Shown piece by piece: positions 58,692 through 64,000 of a stretch of DNA of 64,000 bases. Position 1 is the stretch's first letter, and every line of letters starts with the position of its first letter. Position numbers and translations under genes: made by a program. Source of the stretch: an uncultured Actinomycetota bacterium (GTDB taxonomy: Bacteria; Actinomycetota; Actinomycetes; JACCUZ01). Where the stretch lies: assembly GCA_963746465.1 (NCBI GenBank), contig CAVVAY010000004.1, positions 43,382-107,381 of the forward strand, written 5' to 3'. The notes beneath the pieces are model-generated. The model saw only the letters and a program-made list of their open reading frames with translations, was not told the DNA's origin and ran no database searches.

Positions 58692-61600
58692 CCCGCGCCG
58701 TTCTCGGCGAGCAGCGCGTCCACCGCACGAGCGGCGGCCTGACCGTCGGCTCGCGGGGCATGGCGAGTCACCAGGTCCTGGTACGCACCGGCGTAGGTGC
58801 CGGCCCGGCCGGCCGCGCTGCGCACGGCGTCGGCCAGGTCGCTCTCGTCGGTCACGACGGCGCCGGGCAGCGCAGTCGAGTCCAGGTACAGCCCGCCCAA
58901 CTGGTCACGGTGGTGCTCGAGGTCGGGGATGAAGAAGACCATCGGCCGACCGGTGAGAGCGAAGTCGACCAGGACCGAGGAGTAGTCGGTCACCAGGACG
59001 TCGGCGGCCAGCAGCAGGTCGCGGCCGTCGGCGTGCCAGGAGGCGTCCACCACCGACCGTCCGTCGGCCGTAGGGACGCGGTCCACCACCTTGGGGTGCG
59101 GCCGGACGAGCAGGACGTGGTCGTCCCCGAGCTCCTTGGCGAGCTGGTCAGGGTCCAGCAGGAGGTCCAGCCGGTAGCGGTCCGGGGCGACCTGCTGCTC
59201 GGGCCGGTAGGACGGGGCGTACAGCACCACCCGACGGCCGGCCGGCAGGCCGAGCTCGTCGCGGACCTCAGCCGCCCGCGTCGCCCGCTCGTCCGCGCGG
59301 TCCGGTGCCACCAGCAGGTCGTGCCGGGGCAGCCCGGTCTCGGTCACCGAGCGCTGCACCTCGAACGCGCGCTGCAGCACCTCGGTCCCGTGGGGGCCGG
59401 CCGAGAGCAGCACGTCCCAGCGCGCGGCCTCGCGCCGCAGGCGGTCCTCCCAGCCGCGACCGAGCCTGGTGCCCGCGTGCTCGTCGTCCAGGCCGACGGC
59501 GGTGACCGGGACGCCGTGCCAGGTCTGCAGGACCCGCTGGCCGGGCCGGGCGGGCAGGTCGGAAAGGCCCAGCAGGTCGCTGGTGACCACGTACCTCGAC
59601 CGGGCCAGGGCCTCGTACCACTCGCGGCCGTGCCGCGTCACCTGACGGGCGCCGGCGGGTGGCACGGCCTGGCCGTCCTGCACCGCCCAGAGGACCTCCA
59701 GCCCGGTGCCCCGCGAGGCGAGCTCGTCGTGCACGGCGCGCGCGTCGTCGGCGTACCGTCCAGCGCCGTAGGCATCGACCAGGACCTGGTCGAGCAGCGG
59801 CTGCCGCAGGTACGCCGGGTATGCCTCCGTGCGCAGGCGGCGCGCCCCGGCCCGGCTCCGGTCACCGACCGGCAGGCCGCCGGACACCTGCAGCGCCAGG
59901 CAGTAGCGGTCGACGTCGAGCGCCATCAGCTCACGCGGACCCTCGACCCGCCGCTGCGGCAGCGTCGGCAGCGTCGGGCGGGCGACCTTGACCCGCACCA
60001 TGTTCGGCATGCCGACGGTGCGCGCGTAGAAGTCCCACTGGCCCTCGCCGAGCGGCATCGGCCCGCCGGGGGTCACCATCGCGGTCGGCAGCAGCCGCAC
60101 GGTGAACCGCTCGCCGTCCCGCGTCATGGGCACGGTCAGCGAGACCGCCCGCTCGGTGGCGCTGAGCACCACCTCGGTCGGTGCGCCGGTCGGCTCGGCG
60201 TACGTCCCGGTGAGCTCGAGCCAGCCTCCCTCGGTCCACGCGACGTCGTGCACCTCGGGTCGCGGACGACGGACGATCACCTGCAGCCGGCCTCTCCGGG
60301 TGACCTGGAGCAGGACCTCCGGCCCGGCCACGGTGAGCCGGGCCTCGGGCATCTCGCTGCCCGCGGACAGCGAGATGCGTGCGCCGGTGGCGTCGGGGAA
60401 CAGAGACAGGTCCCACTCGGCGCCGTCACCGAGGTCCTGGCCGCGCGTGAGGGCCTCGTCGACCTCTCCCTCGCCGAGCAGCGCGTCGATGTCGACCCGG
60501 GTGACGAACGGCGTCTCCCCGCCGCTCGAGGACCCGGCGGTCGCCACCGGCAGCTCGAGGGTGGACGTGCCGTCCTCACGGCTGGCGCGCAGCCACGCGG
60601 TCGCGGGGTCGAACGGGCGGCCGTGCAGGGTGCCGGTCAGCTCGAGCACCCTGCCGTCGACGCGGACGTCGTCGACCTCGGCCGGGGTCGTGGACACCTC
60701 GACGGCGAAGTTGCCCGCCATCGTGGTGGGGACGATGCGTGCCCCGTCGACCGTGGCCCAGCCCGGCCGCTTCGCGCGGCCCGGCTCGGTGCCCGACAGC
60801 CAGCGCCGCCGGGTGACGCCCTTGGACCGGACCTCGACCCGGAGCCGCCAGTTGCCGGTGCGGAACCTGCCGCGGTGCCGCAGGGCCGACACCGGCAGCG
60901 AGGCCTCCCAGCCGGACCCGTCGTAGTTCGTCACGCCGTCCGGCGCGTTCTGGGTGACGTCGGGACGTCGGACCCGGCGCAGCTCGAGCGGGATGACGCT
61001 CTCCGGGTGGCCGGACTCCTCCAGGGTGAGCCGGATCCGGCCGGACCGCTCGGTCGGCAGCTCGAGGAAGGCGATGTAGGCGTAGCCGGACAGCCGGAGC
61101 ACGTCGCCGTCCCACCAGACGTCCTCGACCCGGGCCGGCAGCGGCAGCTCGTCCTTGCCGAGCCGGTAGACCTCCGGCGGGATCGCGAGCTCGGCGTCGG
61201 TGCGGAACGGGTAGTCGCCGTAGATCTTGCGGCCCTTGCGCACGATCGGGGTGTACGCGATCTCACCCGCGTGCTCGAACCGCAGCACCTCGAGCAGCTC
61301 GGGCATCAGCCGGCGGCGCACCAGGTGCCACTTGAGCCGCGCCAGTGCGGGCAGGTCGTCGAACACGTCCGGCCTGGCGCGGTCGAAGAAGTCGTTGGTC
61401 AGCTCGAGGAACAGCGCCCGGAACTCGTCGTCGGCGACGTCGAGCTGCTGGAGGAAGTACTTCAGGTCCTGCTCGGCGACCGACTTGTCGTAGCGCGCTT
61501 TGAGGTCGTCCTCGCCGCGTTCGGCCATGAAGCGGCTCACCCCGTCGACCGCGGCGAACCGGTCCCGGATCGCCCGCGGCTCGGTCCGACGCTGGGTGAT

Positions 61601-62245
61601 CGACGTGCTGTCACCCACCCGGGCCCGCCACAGGTAGACCGGCTCCCGCACCACGTCGACCGCGCGCGCCAGCACGTGCGCCGGCAGGGTCACCGGGATG
61701 TCCTCGTAGAGAACGCCCTCGGGCCAGCGGAAGCCGTGCTCGTCCCAGAAGGTGCGGCGGAACAGCTTGTTCCACGCGGTCCGGTCGTTGAGCAGGGCGG
61801 GGTGCTTCGTCACGTGGGTGGCCGGGCGGGTGGCGTTGAACGCGGTGAACACCATGCCGGCCTGCCGGGTGCCCACCGTGGTCAGCCGGTGGAAGTTCCC
61901 GGTGGCGAAGTCTGACCCCGTGCGGTCCAGCGAGCCGGCCAGCAGCTCGTACGCGTTGCGGGTGACGATGTCGTCGCTGTCGACGAACGCCAGGTAGTCG
62001 CCGGTCGCCCGGTCCGCGCCGGTGTTGCGCGCGTTGCCGAGGCCACCGTTGGGCTGCCGGACCAGGACGAAGCGTTCGTCCTTCTCCGCGAAGGCCGCGG
62101 CGATGGTGGCGCTGGAGTCGGTCGAGCCGTCGTCGACCATCACCACCTCGAGGTCGCTCCACGTCTGCTGCGCCAGCGACTCCAGGCAGTCGAGGAGATA
62201 GCGCTCGACGTTGTAGATGGGCACGACGACGCTGACGCGGGGCAT
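58688..62245 (-). CDS. large bifunctional GT2 glycosyltransferase / CDP-glycerol glycerophosphotransferase (TagF-like) with long central region of unknown function
   Basis: 1185 aa. N-terminus MPRVSVVVPIYNVERYL..MVDDGSTDSS. The C-terminal TagF motifs are LQTWHGVPVTAVG and LVTDYSSVLVDF. Confidence 0.9.
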   Translation of the reverse strand: MPRVSVVVPIYNVERYLLDCLESLAQQTWSDLEVVMVDDGSTDSSATIAAAFAEKDERFVLVRQPNGGLGNARNTGADRATGDYLAFVDSDDIVTRNAYELLAGSLDRTGSDFATGNFHRLTTVGTRQAGMVFTAFNATRPATHVTKHPALLNDRTAWNKLFRRTFWDEHGFRWPEGVLYEDIPVTLPAHVLARAVDVVREPVYLWRARVGDSTSITQRRTEPRAIRDRFAAVDGVSRFMAERGEDDLKARYDKSVAEQDLKYFLQQLDVADDEFRALFLELTNDFFDRARPDVFDDLPALARLKWHLVRRRLMPELLEVLRFEHAGEIAYTPIVRKGRKIYGDYPFRTDAELAIPPEVYRLGKDELPLPARVEDVWWDGDVLRLSGYAYIAFLELPTERSGRIRLTLEESGHPESVIPLELRRVRRPDVTQNAPDGVTNYDGSGWEASLPVSALRHRGRFRTGNWRLRVEVRSKGVTRRRWLSGTEPGRAKRPGWATVDGARIVPTTMAGNFAVEVSTTPAEVDDVRVDGRVLELTGTLHGRPFDPATAWLRASREDGTSTLELPVATAGSSSGGETPFVTRVDIDALLGEGEVDEALTRGQDLGDGAEWDLSLFPDATGARISLSAGSEMPEARLTVAGPEVLLQVTRRGRLQVIVRRPRPEVHDVAWTEGGWLELTGTYAEPTGAPTEVVLSATERAVSLTVPMTRDGERFTVRLLPTAMVTPGGPMPLGEGQWDFYARTVGMPNMVRVKVARPTLPTLPQRRVEGPRELMALDVDRYCLALQVSGGLPVGDRSRAGARRLRTEAYPAYLRQPLLDQVLVDAYGAGRYADDARAVHDELASRGTGLEVLWAVQDGQAVPPAGARQVTRHGREWYEALARSRYVVTSDLLGLSDLPARPGQRVLQTWHGVPVTAVGLDDEHAGTRLGRGWEDRLRREAARWDVLLSAGPHGTEVLQRAFEVQRSVTETGLPRHDLLVAPDRADERATRAAEVRDELGLPAGRRVVLYAPSYRPEQQVAPDRYRLDLLLDPDQLAKELGDDHVLLVRPHPKVVDRVPTADGRSVVDASWHADGRDLLLAADVLVTDYSSVLVDFALTGRPMVFFIPDLEHHRDQLGGLYLDSTALPGAVVTDESDLADAVRSAAGRAGTYAGAYQDLVTRHAPRADGQAAARAVDALLAENGAG

Positions 62246-62340
62246 GCGGGTTCGGGGCTCCTCGGTAGAGATCGGCTCAAAGTCTATGGGCCGCAGTTCT
62301 GTTGCCCCGAGGGTGGTTTCGCCGGGCCCAGTTTGGTTGA

Positions 62341-62700
62341 GTGGCGGGCATGGCGTCGTACTCGGTGAACGGGAGCGCGGTGAGCCACGCGGAGCGGCTG
62401 ATCGACGCCCGGCAGTACGTCCTGGACAGCGACTGGGGGGAGGTGCAGCCGCGGCCCGAGGACCAGAACGCGTACTTGGAGTCGCACTCCTGGGACGACT
62501 ACGCCGCCTGGCACCTCGGTCTCACCGACGGGGCGACCGACGAGACCAAGGCGCGGTACGCGTTCTGCTACGGCGACCTCCGGCGGGTGCACCGGACCGG
62601 GCTGATCGCCTGCGTGTACCGGGCCGCCGAGTGGCGGCACAAGGACGTCGAGCTGGCCGCCCACGAGCTGCTCCAGCGCCTCGACCGGGTCAGCGCCTGA
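62341..62700 (+). CDS. hypothetical protein
   Basis: 119-aa ORF with protein-like composition (alternative ATG start at 62350). I recognise no motif. Confidence 0.5.
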   Translation: MAGMASYSVNGSAVSHAERLIDARQYVLDSDWGEVQPRPEDQNAYLESHSWDDYAAWHLGLTDGATDETKARYAFCYGDLRRVHRTGLIACVYRAAEWRHKDVELAAHELLQRLDRVSA

Positions 62701-62710
62701 CCGCTCGGGC

Positions 62711-63226
62711 TCACCTCGGCTGGACGGTCCGCTCCTGGTACGACGGGTTCAGCTCGGTCCATCGGGTGTGCCAGTCGGCGGCTTCCTGCCCCGCGACGTG
62801 GGCGCCGAGGTCCTCGACGTGAGCCTGCCAGCCGGCACCGTGGGCGGCGAGCTCAGCCAGCGGGATGCCGCGCTCCTCCACCACCAGGCGGGTCTGGTCG
62901 CCGTCAACGTCGAGCACGGCCTCGACGACCGTCTCGTCCTCGTCCCCGGGGGACATGGTGACGAGGAGGCGGTTCGGGGGCTCGCAGACCTCCACCCGGC
63001 CGGGGCCTTCCCAGCCGCTGGTGAAGGTGGCCCGGAAGGCGCCGCCGACACGGAGGTCGCCCTCTACCTCGGCGACCCACCGGGCGAGCCGTGCCGGGTC
63101 GCTGACCGCCGACCACAGGTCGTCGATGTCGGTGTCGTAGCGGCCGTCCATCCGCACGACTCCCTTGCCGTCGACGGAGTGCATGGTCCCGGTGATGCGG
63201 GCGGTTGCTCGGGTCTGGTCGGTCAT
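62711..63226 (-). CDS. SRPBCC/AHSA1-like domain protein
   Basis: 171 aa with ..DIDDLWSAVSDPARLARWV.. It is translationally coupled to the upstream ArsR gene (ATGA overlap), a common pairing. Confidence 0.75.
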   Translation of the reverse strand: MTDQTRATARITGTMHSVDGKGVVRMDGRYDTDIDDLWSAVSDPARLARWVAEVEGDLRVGGAFRATFTSGWEGPGRVEVCEPPNRLLVTMSPGDEDETVVEAVLDVDGDQTRLVVEERGIPLAELAAHGAGWQAHVEDLGAHVAGQEAADWHTRWTELNPSYQERTVQPR

Positions 63227-63549
63227 GTCGCGTCCCTCCGTGCTTTCTTACCTCGGGCGATCTCGGTGTGCAGGGCGTCCAGGCGGGACTCCCAGAGCGA
63301 TCGGTAGTGGCTGAGCCACTCGTCGACCTCGACGAGCGGGTCGGGGCGCAGGCTGTACACCCGGAACTGCGCCTCCTGACGGACCTCGACCAGGCCGGCC
63401 TCGCGCAGGACCCGGAGGTGCCGCGAGACGCCGGGTCGGGCGATCGGCAGCAGTGCGGCCAGCTCGCCGGCGGTGGCCGGCCCCTCGCCGAGGGCGTCCA
63501 GCACGGTCCGGCGGCTCGGGTCGGCCAACGCCTGCAGAACTGCGTCCAT
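63223..63549 (-). CDS. ArsR/SmtB family transcriptional regulator
   Basis: 108 aa with LADPSRRTVLDAL and the HTH ELAALLPIARPGVSRHLRVLREAGLV. Confidence 0.88.
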   Translation of the reverse strand: MDAVLQALADPSRRTVLDALGEGPATAGELAALLPIARPGVSRHLRVLREAGLVEVRQEAQFRVYSLRPDPLVEVDEWLSHYRSLWESRLDALHTEIARGKKARRDAT

Positions 63550-63650
63550 GGGGCATGTGTACCACAGTGGTTACGTACCCGTCCAGTTACTTAAGACCAA
63601 CGGAGCGAAACGGACTGGAAGTGAGGTTCTGGATTTGCCACCATCGGGCG

Positions 63651-64000
63651 GTGGTCACCGCAGGCGTCGCCCTCGTCACCGGTGTCGGCCGGCGCCGCTC
63701 CATCGGCACCGGTCTCGCCGTCGGCCTCGCTCGCGACGGCTGGGACCTGGCGCTGGGCTACTGGACGCCGTACGACGACCGGCTCGGCTACCAGCGCACA
63801 CCGGAGGACCCGCAGGCGGTGGCGGAGGAGTGCCGCCAGCTCGGCAGCTCCGTCGTGCTGGTACCGGGGGACCTGGCCGACCCGGACGTGCCGCTGCAGA
63901 TGGTGAACTCCGCACGGGAGCAGCTCGGGCCGCTCACCGCCCTCGTGATGTCGCACTGCGAGTCGGTGGACAGCTCGATCCTCACCACGACGGTGGAGAG
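63651..64000 (+). CDS. short-chain dehydrogenase/reductase (partial, runs off window end)
   Basis: Open frame from GTG 63651 (alternative GTG at 63621). It reads VTAGVALVTGVGRRRSIGTGLAVGLARDGWDL..., a Rossmann TGxxxxxG motif. There is no stop before nt 64000, so it is absent from the ORF track. Confidence 0.7.
   Translation, partial: MVTAGVALVTGVGRRRSIGTGLAVGLARDGWDLALGYWTPYDDRLGYQRTPEDPQAVAEECRQLGSSVVLVPGDLADPDVPLQMVNSAREQLGPLTALVMSHCESVDSSILTTTVE

Noticed and set aside
63550-63650. Lower-GC intergenic stretch with partial palindromes (ggttacgtacc, cttaag), considered as an ArsR operator.
   Set aside because: The palindromes are imperfect and short. An operator and promoter region for the divergent ArsR and SDR genes is plausible, but I cannot define a site from sequence alone.

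Overview
Very GC-rich actinobacterial chromosomal segment. Gene content suggests Nocardioides/Propionibacteriales, but that is inference only. About 55 protein genes. I found no rRNA, tRNA, CRISPR array, transposase or integrase. (1) 1-29.4 kb holds the conserved actinobacterial block accA, maf, accE, accD/pccB, birA, GtrA, fadE, purK, purE, the same neighbourhood as M. tuberculosis Rv3285-Rv3274c. Interleaved with it are leucine/branched-chain catabolic genes (a second carboxyltransferase, enoyl-CoA hydratase, HMG-CoA lyase, two acyl-CoA dehydrogenases), a class III adenylate cyclase, a GAF-GGDEF cyclase, an OmpR/histidine-kinase pair and a very large polytopic membrane protein. (2) 32.3-62.2 kb is a cell-wall glycopolymer (teichoic-acid-like) locus. 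It has two LCP ligases, glycosyltransferases, a TagGH-like ABC exporter and three GT2-TagF fusion polymerases. It also has a glycerol-1-phosphate-dehydrogenase-like enzyme with a cytidylyltransferase and two CDP-alcohol phosphatidyltransferases, two sulfotransferases and a secreted nuclease with lamin-tail domains. The most unusual element is a two-gene module between the two LCP genes (34046-37137, minus strand). It pairs a membrane M50-type HExxH metalloprotease carrying an N-terminal PqqD/RRE-like segment with an extremely acidic, internally duplicated 238-aa protein that has a leader-like N-terminus. I cannot place this pair in any described system. Separately, at least seven genes (methyltransferase, LuxR regulator, maf, DinB/SnoaL fusion, birA, UDP-glucose dehydrogenase, nuclease) are broken by single-base indels. 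The indels cluster tightly while multi-kb neighbouring genes stay intact. This means either localized assembly error or real gene decay, and it needs read-level verification.
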